Source: an uncultured Paludibacter sp. (GTDB lineage: Bacteria; Bacteroidota; Bacteroidia; Bacteroidales; Paludibacteraceae). Taken from it: 64,000 nt of DNA. The notes beneath the pieces are model-generated. The model did no database searches, was not told the DNA's origin, and saw only the letters and a list, made by a program, of their open reading frames with translations. Below, one piece after another: positions 9,931 to 18,749 of the stretch. How positions within the stretch are numbered: position 1 is the first letter of the stretch; each line of letters opens with the position of its first letter. The DNA is taken from the NCBI GenBank assembly GCA_964508285.1, contig CAZDSY010000001.1, positions 9,850 to 73,849 of the forward strand, in the 5' to 3' direction. A program made the position numbers and the translations under genes.

Positions 9931-11397
9931 TCATGCAGTTTCCCTATCCTTCCCGCAAGCGGGACAAGCTTCCGATGGTCGGGGAGAGGTTTTTATTTTC
10001 CGTTTATATTGCATCGCTACCCGGTTAGCACCCACCAGCATTTTTACAAGCATTACCGGACGATACGTCCTGAGATACATCCACATAACTTTGGGTGTAA
10101 ATAATATTTTGTTATATGCTTTTAAAATTTCCCTGTAAAATTCCGGAACGGTTAATTTCTCAGGTTGTACCGTTACATGTGCCAAATCCCATTTTTCGTA
10201 ATCGGTTTTTTTAACGATAATCTGATTTTCGGGATAACTTACGCCGGTTTTTGGTAATGGTGTGAGAGGTTGAAGATTTACGTAATGAATGCCAAGTTCT
10301 TTTACTACTTTTACCATGTTTTTAAAATCGCTTTTATCCCATTCGGGTGGAATGATAATGGTAGCAAAAACCTCAATTTTTTCGCGATGCAGCACAGCCA
10401 TTGTTTGTTTATACATTGCTACGGAAGTCTTTTTATTGTATTTGTCGAGTTCTTTATCGGAGAAACTTTCAAAACCCACTATCACCGTCCGCAATCCGAT
10501 TTGAGCTAATTCATGCATTAGTTTGGGATTTTCTGCTATAAAATCGGCGCGACCGTACACCAAATAATGCTTTTTGATTTTATACTTTTTAATTTCAGCG
10601 ATAAAAGCATTCAGCCATTTTTTATCCACCAGAAAATCATCGTCAACAATGTAAATTTCCGTTTCATTTATGGTTTTAATTTCTTCAATTACTTCTGATA
10701 AAGGTCGTTGTTTGTAGAGTTTATCGGTAATAATCCGGCAAAAACAGAACGAGCATAAATAAGGACAACCATACGAAGTTTTCAGTAGTGCCACTTTATC
10801 GTGAAAAATATAAAAATAATTATGCCGATAATGTTTCACGGCATTTCTATCCGGGAAAGGGACTCGGAAATCGAAAACGGGAAGCGTTTTGTTTTCCAAA
10901 GTATCGCCTTTGCAAAAAATACCTTCGGGAAGTTCGGTTTTTAATTCGATATGGTTTAGCAAACCGGTGAAATTTATTGCCGCGTTGCGAACAACCCTGA
11001 AATCCACTGCATCATTTTCAAAAACTTCGGGGCAAACTTCGCAATGCACGCCGCCAACTATCGTGGTAACATCAGGAAGAATATTTTTTGCAGTTTTACA
11101 ATAGGAAATAATGGTATTAACGTGCGTGATATAGCCTGTAAGGCACAATACATCCGGTTTGTGTAAATTCAGAAAATACTCCACAGGTTTTTTTTCGAGA
11201 ATCATATCCACAATTATAGCCGTATCATTTTCGCGTTTCAGCGCACACAAAATCTCCAATTCCAGCGGTTCCACTATCATTACATGTTGCAAACCTATGG
11301 TTTCTCGTGGCGGACGCGGTCTTATCATTAAAATACGAAGCCCCCCTGGCCGCAGGGGGGACTTTGAAGTCGCAATATCATCTTTCACTCTTTCCAT
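9931..11397 (-). CDS. Cobalamin-binding radical SAM protein, HpnR-like
   Basis: EPLELE, VGGVH, GCPYLCSFC, DDDF, VGFES, TPLPKT, WDLAH...EFY; start overlaps the upstream stop (TAATG). Confidence 0.9.
   Translation of the reverse strand: MERVKDDIATSKSPLRPGGLRILMIRPRPPRETIGLQHVMIVEPLELEILCALKRENDTAIIVDMILEKKPVEYFLNLHKPDVLCLTGYITHVNTIISYCKTAKNILPDVTTIVGGVHCEVCPEVFENDAVDFRVVRNAAINFTGLLNHIELKTELPEGIFCKGDTLENKTLPVFDFRVPFPDRNAVKHYRHNYFYIFHDKVALLKTSYGCPYLCSFCFCRIITDKLYKQRPLSEVIEEIKTINETEIYIVDDDFLVDKKWLNAFIAEIKKYKIKKHYLVYGRADFIAENPKLMHELAQIGLRTVIVGFESFSDKELDKYNKKTSVAMYKQTMAVLHREKIEVFATIIIPPEWDKSDFKNMVKVVKELGIHYVNLQPLTPLPKTGVSYPENQIIVKKTDYEKWDLAHVTVQPEKLTVPEFYREILKAYNKILFTPKVMWMYLRTYRPVMLVKMLVGANRVAMQYKRKIKTSPRPSEACPACGKDRETA
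9941..9992 (-). repeat. GC-rich palindromic element with nested hairpin, in frame at the 3' end of the radical SAM gene
   Basis: Minus strand aacctctccccgaccatc[ggaagcttgtcccgcttgcggg]aaggataggga; encodes TSPRPSEACPACGKDRE. Confidence 0.65.
11341..11364 (+). repeat. GC-rich hairpin element in frame in the radical SAM N-terminus
   Basis: cccccctg-gccg-cagggggg-actt (8-bp stem); encodes KSPLRPGG on the minus strand. Confidence 0.65.
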
Positions 11398-12398
11398 TAA
11401 CGAATTTGATTAACCCTGTTTTTCTCAGGTTTGAATTTGTACTCTAAAAAAGCCCCAAATTTTTTCAATAAATAATTCACAAACTTACTGCTGTGATGTG
11501 CTTCAATATAAAGTGTTTCGGGTTTGCCTCCCATGCGCATTTTTGCGGTTTCGGCAGTTTGTCCGAGTTCAATCTTAGTGGCTTTATTCTCAATTCCATC
11601 GCGCATGAGCTGTGTCAGCAACCGAAAATAAGTATGGTGCGTTTTGTTCTGCATGTAATTTATTCCACCCAAAAAAAAGAAATATATGCTGTTATCTTTC
11701 AAAGCAATATTCCAACCTGAAACTTCATTATTAATATAACAAACCGTAAGAATAAATTCCTCCGGTAAATTCCTGAAAAAATCAAAAGTCAGCTTTTCAA
11801 GTTTCCCTTTGCTGCGATTATAAACTTCGAGATATTGATTATGCATTTCCATTGTAAATTCCGAGCACGTTTTTTTCCGGAAATAAAGGTTTTCGTTCTG
11901 CTGATTTATCAGTTTTAGCCGGCGACGATAATTTGACCGGAGCGAACTCAGATAATTATTCCAATCGGCAAACTGATTATCGAAAACAATGGTTGGAAGT
12001 GTTTTCCCACACGCATTTGCATTTTCACCTGGTTTCTCAGTGAGATTTAAAGCTATTGTCAAACCTTTTTCTTGCTGGAAAATATAGTTTTTCAACGCTT
12101 CCAAAGCATTGGTTTCGCCAAACATTCCGGATGCTGAAACCGAGCACGGCACTCCGATTATGTTCATTTTAACCGGACTTTTAACCTTTAAATACGTGAA
12201 AATGTCCAATCGCAACGAATAAACAATCGCGGCAGCAACTGATTTTTCATTTTCGGTACAGAGATAATATCTTTGTTGGCAGGGATTAAATTTCTCAGCA
12301 TGATTCAGAAACTTTCTTTTCTGAAAGTAATTCTCAGCCAGTACGTCCCAATCGTTCGGAAGCTGATTTGTTTTATCTATACATCTGAATTCAATCAT
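11397..12398 (-). CDS. GNAT-fold protein (Acetyltransf_6/FemAB-like)
   Basis: YLSSLRSNYRRRL helix, FFLGG, ELGQTAETAKMRMGG C-terminal motif; start overlaps the upstream stop (TAATG). Confidence 0.7.
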   Translation of the reverse strand: MIEFRCIDKTNQLPNDWDVLAENYFQKRKFLNHAEKFNPCQQRYYLCTENEKSVAAAIVYSLRLDIFTYLKVKSPVKMNIIGVPCSVSASGMFGETNALEALKNYIFQQEKGLTIALNLTEKPGENANACGKTLPTIVFDNQFADWNNYLSSLRSNYRRRLKLINQQNENLYFRKKTCSEFTMEMHNQYLEVYNRSKGKLEKLTFDFFRNLPEEFILTVCYINNEVSGWNIALKDNSIYFFFLGGINYMQNKTHHTYFRLLTQLMRDGIENKATKIELGQTAETAKMRMGGKPETLYIEAHHSSKFVNYLLKKFGAFLEYKFKPEKNRVNQIR

Positions 12399-13486
12399 TA
12401 TAAAGATTTTTCAAACACCGCAAATTCTCTGTAGAAATCGGGTTCGGTGCCTAAACTTCGTCTGAATAATCCTTTTGTAAAAGCAATGGATGCTTTGTTT
12501 TCTTCAAAAATGAAACCGCCTTCACAATATTTGTAGCCTTTTTCCATAATATAAGGCAAGGGTTTTTGAATTAATGAAAAAACCAATGTGCTTCGCTGAT
12601 ATTCGGGAATAATACCAATTTCGGTAAAACGGAAAGTGTCAGGTTTAACGCCAACTCTGAACTTAATCACATCTAATAGATTCAAATCGCGATGTGAGCT
12701 AACCATTTGGTTGAAATCGGGATACCAAAGAAAAAAACCAACCGGTTCACCATTCACTTCGGCAAAAACCAGATTTTCATTATCGAGCAAATGGCGAAAC
12801 GGATAAAACAATTCAATATCTTCTTCAATTTCTCTGTCAGCCCAAAAAGGATGCTGGGTAAAAGCTTTGTTGTTGAGATAAGTGTAAATTGAACTTTCGG
12901 ATTTTATGTTTTTCTTATCCATAAACCGAAGTTTCAGACCCGGAATTTCACGCTGTTGCTCAAAAGAGTTTGCCCAGACTGCATACATCTCCATGTTTAT
13001 TCTGAAAGTAAACATGCGCCTGCGTTGAAATTCATCAAAATATTCGGCATAGTATTCAGGCTGATAGGGCAAGCCAAAAACAGGAACTTCATCGAATCGG
13101 TTCAGTAAAATTCCTGCTCCGTAATTTAAATGACCGTTTAAGCCTACTACAACTTTATTGCATTCGGGAAAATATTTTCTTATTTCAGGTTCAATCAGCT
13201 TGTATATATTTCCAAGTCCTTTAATTGCTTCGAAATAGGCAATCTGAACATAGTCAGGCAATTTGTTGTCGCGAATCAATGCGAAACGAGCCACAGCATC
13301 GTTCCCATCAAAAATTACAAATTGTTTTAGTTTTGCATGTCGTGAGTAAGTATTGCTTCCACCTAATACCAATTTTTCGACACTTTTATCAGTTCGGCGA
13401 AAATATTTATTTCCCGCGTAAACTGCTGAACTAACTTTCCCGAATAATTTTTCAGCTTCTTTACCTTCTACAAGATCGATTTTCAT
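12398..13486 (-). CDS. YghO / bacterial ceramide-synthase-like GNAT-fold acyltransferase
   Basis: G-x-N-x-x-x-N-x-x-x-G-ILL-x-x-FD...P-Y-x-P-x-YY, GEPVGF...YPDFN, IGIIPEYQ, IFEENKAS. Confidence 0.6.
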   Translation of the reverse strand: MKIDLVEGKEAEKLFGKVSSAVYAGNKYFRRTDKSVEKLVLGGSNTYSRHAKLKQFVIFDGNDAVARFALIRDNKLPDYVQIAYFEAIKGLGNIYKLIEPEIRKYFPECNKVVVGLNGHLNYGAGILLNRFDEVPVFGLPYQPEYYAEYFDEFQRRRMFTFRINMEMYAVWANSFEQQREIPGLKLRFMDKKNIKSESSIYTYLNNKAFTQHPFWADREIEEDIELFYPFRHLLDNENLVFAEVNGEPVGFFLWYPDFNQMVSSHRDLNLLDVIKFRVGVKPDTFRFTEIGIIPEYQRSTLVFSLIQKPLPYIMEKGYKYCEGGFIFEENKASIAFTKGLFRRSLGTEPDFYREFAVFEKSL

Positions 13487-13520
13487 ATTATTTTTATTTT
13501 AACTTTGGAAAAGTTTGAAT

Positions 13521-13541
13521 GCCCCTTTAGGGGTTTGGGGT
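13521..13541 (-). repeat. GC-rich palindromic element supplying the stop codon of the LysA-fold gene
   Basis: Minus strand accccaaa-cccc-taaa-gggg-c; encodes TPNP*. Confidence 0.6.
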
Positions 13542-14681
13542 AAAATATTCCTCCGGTTTCGGAAATCCCAAAAATTGCATGTACGATGATGCGCAATATG
13601 AACCGGCATTTTCGAATACAACAATATCATTAATTTGTAAATCCGGAAGTTGAACATCATGCGCAAAAATGTCGCGCGAGTAGGTTGAACATCCAAAAAC
13701 TGTTGTATTTTGAGTTTCGGAAACATTCAGTAGTTTTCCGTTTCTGATGATTGAAATTGGATGCCTTGCTTCATCGGGATATAACAATGGGCGCGAAAAC
13801 TGTACCGTTGATGCATTTACGCCTACTAAAGTTTTGTCGGTACGATTTTTTATGTCGGTAACACGACAAACAAAATAACCTGCGTTTCCTCCAATCATTC
13901 TGCCAGGTTCAAGTATCATTTTAATTCTTTTTCCTTTTTGTACCGATACTTTTTCCATAAATTCCGCTACTTTTTTTCCATAAGTTTCGAAATCAAAATT
14001 ATGCTCGCCGCTTTCGTTTAAAGCAAAACCACCTCCGAAATTCAGGTACTCGATATTAGGGAAATTCAGAGCAAGATTTGCTAATTGTTCGTAACACGAA
14101 ATCATGTAATCAATATCGGTTATATCGGTTCCTGCATATAAGTGTAAGCCGTTAATGATAGTTCTATCGGGAATTTTTGTTAAATCATCGGCAGTAAAAC
14201 CGAGCCGGCTTTCCTTGCCGATAAAAGCTCCGGCGTGTGAAGAATAAGGTTGCACCGCATCGCCTATATTGCAACGAATTCCAACTTGCTTTGCAGGGAA
14301 TAGTTTTGACCAAAGCAAAAGTTGATTGAGCGAATCGAGATTTACCTGCAAATCATGTTTCCCTATCATCAGCATAATTTCTTCTGATAATCCCGAAGCA
14401 GTATAAATAATTTCTTTTGCACGAAAACCGGCTTCAATGGCGGCATCTAAATGTAACGGTGAGTTAACAAAAATATTCAAACCGCTTTTCTTTATTATTT
14501 TCAAAAATGCAGGATTTGCATTTGCCATCGAAGCAAAATGAATATTCTTTTCGGGATAAGCTATTCGACTAAATATGCTGCAATTTTCCTGTATTACTTT
14601 AGTTTGATAAAGATAAAAGGGTTGATGTTGATTTTCAGAAAGCCTGATTATTTCGGAAACTATTTCGGGATAAATTACCAT
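13527..14681 (-). CDS. Diaminopimelate-decarboxylase-like (PLP fold type III) protein with non-canonical active site
   Basis: PFYLY, NLDS, GIR, SRLG, NFGGG, EPGR and AGSY are LysA-fold motifs, but FASMAN replaces YAxKAN and GCSTYSRD replaces GPxCExxD. Confidence 0.75.
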   Translation of the reverse strand: MVIYPEIVSEIIRLSENQHQPFYLYQTKVIQENCSIFSRIAYPEKNIHFASMANANPAFLKIIKKSGLNIFVNSPLHLDAAIEAGFRAKEIIYTASGLSEEIMLMIGKHDLQVNLDSLNQLLLWSKLFPAKQVGIRCNIGDAVQPYSSHAGAFIGKESRLGFTADDLTKIPDRTIINGLHLYAGTDITDIDYMISCYEQLANLALNFPNIEYLNFGGGFALNESGEHNFDFETYGKKVAEFMEKVSVQKGKRIKMILEPGRMIGGNAGYFVCRVTDIKNRTDKTLVGVNASTVQFSRPLLYPDEARHPISIIRNGKLLNVSETQNTTVFGCSTYSRDIFAHDVQLPDLQINDIVVFENAGSYCASSYMQFLGFPKPEEYFTPNP

Positions 14682-14789
14682 TTTGTTGTATTATTTTTAT
14701 TCAAATTATTAGTGATTTTTATCGATTCAAATGTGCTGGAGGATGTTTTTTGGTATTTTTTTTGATGCAAATTTTTTGTTATTCTGCTA

Positions 14790-14797
14790 CAAATGTA
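14790..14797 (-). promoter_or_regulatory. Putative -7 promoter element (TACATTTG) for the radical SAM operon
   Basis: Reverse complement of caaatgta, about 110 nt upstream of ATG 14681 in an AT-rich divergent intergenic region. Confidence 0.4.
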
Positions 14798-15065
14798 ATT
14801 TATTTTTCTGCTGAAATTGCAGAGAGATATGTGTGATTTAAGTTTTTTGTAAGTTTAAATGTGGTTTAGTTGTTAAAACAAGCTGAAATACTGATTCTTA
14901 AAATTTTGTAAATTCCCTATTTTTTATTTCCATACATTGATTTTATATTGATAAAGTTGTGTTTTTAAGAATTTTTAAATTTGCTACTTGCAACAAAAAC
15001 TTTTAACTATACATCTTGATAAGTGTAGAATCATAAATACGATAATTTAAAAAGAGATAAAGCAT

Positions 15066-15797
15066 ATGAAAAGACTGATTTTTTATTTAATGCCGCTTTT
15101 GATGTTGGCAGCATGTTCCGATGACGAAGGTTATTCGCTCGACAATTTTGTAATTGACATTGCCACAGTTGAAAATCCGGAAAACAACACGGCTTTCTTT
15201 TTGAACCTCGATAACAACAAACGACTGTGGACAGCTGCAACTGATTTAAAGTATTATCGTCCCAAAGACGGTCAGCGCGTGATAGCAAATTATACCATAC
15301 TTGCTGAAAAACCTCAGGCAGCTACCTATGATTATCTTGTAAAGTTGAACGATGTTTATGAAGTGCTTACAAAGGGAATTTTTAAAATCACACCTGCCAC
15401 ACAAGACAGTATCGGAAACGATTATGTTTACATTCGCGATATGTGGATTGGAAGCGATTTTCTGAATGTTCGTTTTGATTATCCCGGGGGAAATAAAGTT
15501 CACTTTATCAATTTAGTTTCGGATAGTTTGAAAACTTACAGCGACGGAAAAATTCACCTTGAATTCCGGCACAATGCCAATGGTGATTATCCACATTTCA
15601 ACCTGAGTGGCATTGTTTCGTTTAATCTTAAATCTTTACAGGTTGCAGGACAAAACGAGGTGAAAATTGTGGTGCATGCGCGTGAATTTAATACGCCCGA
15701 AAGTAGTAGTACTTACAATTTTACCTATAAATATGGCACACAAGCTGCTGTGAAAAGGAATGTTCCTATTCCTGCCAACAGAGCTAAAGTGCAATAA
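15066..15797 (+). CDS. NigD-like lipoprotein
   Basis: Lipobox LAAC; DGQRVIANY N-domain; HFINLV and LEFRHNA C-domain. Confidence 0.85.
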   Translation: MKRLIFYLMPLLMLAACSDDEGYSLDNFVIDIATVENPENNTAFFLNLDNNKRLWTAATDLKYYRPKDGQRVIANYTILAEKPQAATYDYLVKLNDVYEVLTKGIFKITPATQDSIGNDYVYIRDMWIGSDFLNVRFDYPGGNKVHFINLVSDSLKTYSDGKIHLEFRHNANGDYPHFNLSGIVSFNLKSLQVAGQNEVKIVVHAREFNTPESSSTYNFTYKYGTQAAVKRNVPIPANRAKVQ

Positions 15798-15832
15798 ATT
15801 TTTTATCTGTTTTTCCGGTTTTTCAAATTTTG

Positions 15833-15874
15833 TCAACCATTGTCACAATAAAGGCAATGGTTGATTTTTTTTTT
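15833..15874 (+). terminator. Rho-independent terminator
   Basis: tcaaccattgtc...ggcaatggttga stem followed by T10. Confidence 0.8.
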
Positions 15875-15929
15875 GCTTATGATAATTTCTCCTTACTTTA
15901 TTTTCTTGTTTATTACTGATTTATTTGTT

Positions 15930-15937
15930 TAACTTTG
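15930..15937 (+). promoter_or_regulatory. Putative -7 promoter element (TAACTTTG) for pepD
   Basis: TAnnTTTG 30 nt upstream of ATG 15968. Confidence 0.55.
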
Positions 15938-15967
15938 CATTTCACGTCATTAAAAACTACAAAAGTT

Positions 15968-17413
15968 ATGAAACATCTTGAACCAGCTCCCTTGTGGAAT
16001 TATTTTCATGAAATAACCCAAATTCCCCGTCCTTCGAAAAAGGAAGAAAAAGTGATTGCTTTTCTCGAAGATTTTAGCAAAAAAAATAAACTTGAATATA
16101 AAAAAGACAGTGCAGGTAATATGCTAATTTGCAAACCGGCAACAGCTGGTTTCGAAAAAAGCAAAGGAGTTATTTTGCAAGCACACATGGATATGGTGTG
16201 CGAAAAAAACAGCGATGTGGAGTTTGATTTCGACACGCAGCCCATCAATTATTTTATCGATGGCGATTTTGTAAAAGCCCGTGGAACAACGCTTGGAGGC
16301 GATAACGGTATTGGCATGGCAATGATGCTGGCTGTGTTGGCTTCAAAGGATTTGCAACATCCTGCTTTGGAATGTTTATTTACGGTTGATGAAGAAACCG
16401 GACTTACAGGCGCTTTTGCCTTAGATAATAAGCTTTTAAAGGGCGATGTGCTTATAAATCTCGATTCGGAAGACGATGGCGTTATTTTTATCGGATGCGC
16501 CGGCGGAATCGACACTACTGCTGTTTTAAAATATATTTCAGAAAAATCGCCCGAAGCATATTTTGCATTTAATGTAAATGTAAGCGGGTTAAAAGGCGGA
16601 CATTCGGGCGATGATATTAACAAGGGACTTGGAAATGCCAATAAAATTCTGAATCGCTATTTGTGGAATGTAAATAAGGAAACCGATTTGCGCATTGCTA
16701 AAATTGATGGTGGAAATCTGCGAAATGCCATCCCGCGCGAAGCCTGGGCAACAGTTTGTGTGCCATGGGAGATGAAAGAACGCGTTAGAGTATTGCTGAA
16801 TCATTATATTGCAAATATTGAAAATGAATTTGGCGATACAGAACCGGATTTGAAAATTACGCTTGACTCGGAAACACTACCCGATACTGTAATTGACAAA
16901 TCAACTTCTGATAAGCTTTTGAACGCATTGTACGCTTGTCCCCATGGTGTAAAAGCCATGAGCAAAGATATGCCCGGTTTAGTGGAAACTTCCACAAATC
17001 TAGCTTCGGTAAAAATGAAAACGGCTAATGAAATTCTGATAACCACAAGTCAGCGCAGTTCAGTGGAAACGTCAAAACACGATATTGCTCATCAGGTAGA
17101 GTCTGTTTTTTTACTTGCAGGAGCAGAAGTAACGCATGGCGATGGTTATCCCGGTTGGAAACCGAATATCAAATCGGAGATACTGAAGAAAGCCGAAGAA
17201 AGTTATACCAGACTTTTTGGTGAAAAAGCTCAGATTCGCGCTATTCATGCCGGATTGGAATGTGGCTTGTTCCTCGAAAAATATCCACATCTCGATATGA
17301 TTTCCATAGGACCGCAAATGTACGGAGTTCATTCGCCGGATGAAAGATTAAGCATTAGCTCTACACAGAAATGCTGGAAATGGTTGGTGGAAATTTTAAA
17401 GAATATAAAATGA
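15968..17413 (+). CDS. pepD: Aminoacyl-histidine dipeptidase (M20C)
   Basis: IPRPSKKE, LQAHMDMVCEK, TLGGDNGIG, DEETG, NLDSE, GGHSG, IHAGLECG, HSPDE. Confidence 0.95.
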   Translation: MKHLEPAPLWNYFHEITQIPRPSKKEEKVIAFLEDFSKKNKLEYKKDSAGNMLICKPATAGFEKSKGVILQAHMDMVCEKNSDVEFDFDTQPINYFIDGDFVKARGTTLGGDNGIGMAMMLAVLASKDLQHPALECLFTVDEETGLTGAFALDNKLLKGDVLINLDSEDDGVIFIGCAGGIDTTAVLKYISEKSPEAYFAFNVNVSGLKGGHSGDDINKGLGNANKILNRYLWNVNKETDLRIAKIDGGNLRNAIPREAWATVCVPWEMKERVRVLLNHYIANIENEFGDTEPDLKITLDSETLPDTVIDKSTSDKLLNALYACPHGVKAMSKDMPGLVETSTNLASVKMKTANEILITTSQRSSVETSKHDIAHQVESVFLLAGAEVTHGDGYPGWKPNIKSEILKKAEESYTRLFGEKAQIRAIHAGLECGLFLEKYPHLDMISIGPQMYGVHSPDERLSISSTQKCWKWLVEILKNIK

Positions 17414-17418
17414 AAAAG

Positions 17419-17445
17419 ACCTGTCAGGGTGCTTGCACCTGACAG
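17419..17445. repeat. REP-like hairpin (cctgtcagg...cctgacag) or terminator
   Basis: ctgtcag-g-gtgc-tt-gcac-ctgacag immediately after the pepD stop. Confidence 0.55.
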
Positions 17446-17483
17446 TGTTGAAATCCTTGAAATAAGATTTGTAATTATAAAAT

Positions 17484-18716
17484 ATGTCAAAACCCAATAA
17501 ACGAAAAATTATCAACGATCCGGTTTTCGGATTTATCGATATACCGAATGATTTTATTTACGATATCATTCAGCATCCTTATTTTCAGCGACTTCATCGT
17601 ATTAAGCAACTCGGATTATCCTCGTTCGTGTACCCCGGAGCACAACATACACGTATGCAGCATTCACTTGGGGCTATGCACCTTATGGGTGAAGCCATTG
17701 AACAAATTCGAAAGCAGGGGCATGAAATAACGCTTCAGGAAGCCGATGCCGTACGAGCGTGTATTTTGTTACACGATATTGGACATGGACCTTTTTCGCA
17801 TACGCTCGAAAATAGCTTAGTAAGAGGTGTGCATCACGAACAGATTTCATTGCTCATGATGCAGAAAATCAACAACGATTTCGGTGGAAAACTGAATGAT
17901 GCCATTCGTATTTTTACTAACAATTATCCTAAACGATTTCTGCATCAACTTGTATCGGGTCAATTGGATATGGATAGGCTCGATTATCTTAGTCGCGACA
18001 GTTTCTTTTCAGGGGTTAGTGAGGGTATCATCGGCTCAGAGCGTATTTTAAAAATGTTGAATGTACAAAATGATCGATTAGTTGTTGATGCTAAAGGGAT
18101 TTACTCTATCGAAAAATTTTTGGTAGCAAGACGTTTGATGTATTGGCAAGTTTATTTACATAAAACTTCGGTGGCTGCAGAAAAAATGCTGACTAATATT
18201 CTGAAACGGGCTAAAGAACTGGCAGCAGGAGGTGCTGAACTTTTTGCAACTCCAGCCCTGCGGTATTTTCTTTTCAACGATGTGAATCAACAGTACTTTT
18301 TTGAGCATCCTGAAGCACTCGATAATTTTGCCATGCTCGACGATTCCGATCTGTTTTCGGCCATTAAAGTTTGGGCTTCACAAAGTGATATTGTGTTGTC
18401 AGAGCTTTGCAAATCCTTTACCAACAGGCGTTTGTTTAAAGTTGAGGTACTTACCGAACCGCTAAAACAATCGAAACTTGACAATCTCAAAGCACAATAT
18501 TGTAAACATTTTCGTATATCGGATGCTGAATCACAATATTTTATGGGTTTGGAAATAGTTTCAACAGACACTTACAGTCCTGAAGATGAGAATATAAATA
18601 TACTCTTTAAGGATGGTACAGTAAAAGATATTGCTGATGCTTCGGATATGCTTAACATTCAGGTGCTCACAAAAAAAGTGGAGAAATATTTTCTTTGTTA
18701 TTACAAAATAGAGTAA
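17484..18716 (+). CDS. HD-domain phosphohydrolase (dNTP triphosphohydrolase-like)
   Basis: FQRLHRIKQLG, YPGAQHTR..HSLG, LLHDIGHGPFSH, DMDRLDYL.RD, MYWQVYLHK. Confidence 0.9.
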   Translation: MSKPNKRKIINDPVFGFIDIPNDFIYDIIQHPYFQRLHRIKQLGLSSFVYPGAQHTRMQHSLGAMHLMGEAIEQIRKQGHEITLQEADAVRACILLHDIGHGPFSHTLENSLVRGVHHEQISLLMMQKINNDFGGKLNDAIRIFTNNYPKRFLHQLVSGQLDMDRLDYLSRDSFFSGVSEGIIGSERILKMLNVQNDRLVVDAKGIYSIEKFLVARRLMYWQVYLHKTSVAAEKMLTNILKRAKELAAGGAELFATPALRYFLFNDVNQQYFFEHPEALDNFAMLDDSDLFSAIKVWASQSDIVLSELCKSFTNRRLFKVEVLTEPLKQSKLDNLKAQYCKHFRISDAESQYFMGLEIVSTDTYSPEDENINILFKDGTVKDIADASDMLNIQVLTKKVEKYFLCYYKIE

Positions 18717-18717
18717 A

Positions 18718-18749
18718 AACCTTGCATCTAACCCCTAAAGGGGGAACTT
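18718..18749 (+). repeat. GC-rich palindromic element (degenerate leader)
   Basis: a-cccc-taaa-ggggg-aactt, same core as 13521-13541. Confidence 0.55.

Noticed and set aside
13527..14681. Annotation as housekeeping lysA
   Set aside because: The Schiff-base Lys and catalytic Cys motifs are altered and the context is a radical SAM operon, so no gene symbol was given
6457..14681. RiPP cluster (radical SAM plus precursor peptide)
   Set aside because: No credible short precursor ORF, SPASM/RRE domain, peptidase or exporter; the spacers are tiny and filled with repeats
14700..15060. Cobalamin riboswitch or other ncRNA upstream of the B12 enzyme operon
   Set aside because: The region is very AT-rich and shows no B12-box or conserved stems by eye; a covariance-model search would be needed to exclude it fully
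17484..18716. Anti-phage dNTPase defence gene
   Set aside because: Looks like the ordinary Bacteroidetes HD protein in a housekeeping context, with no defence-island neighbours
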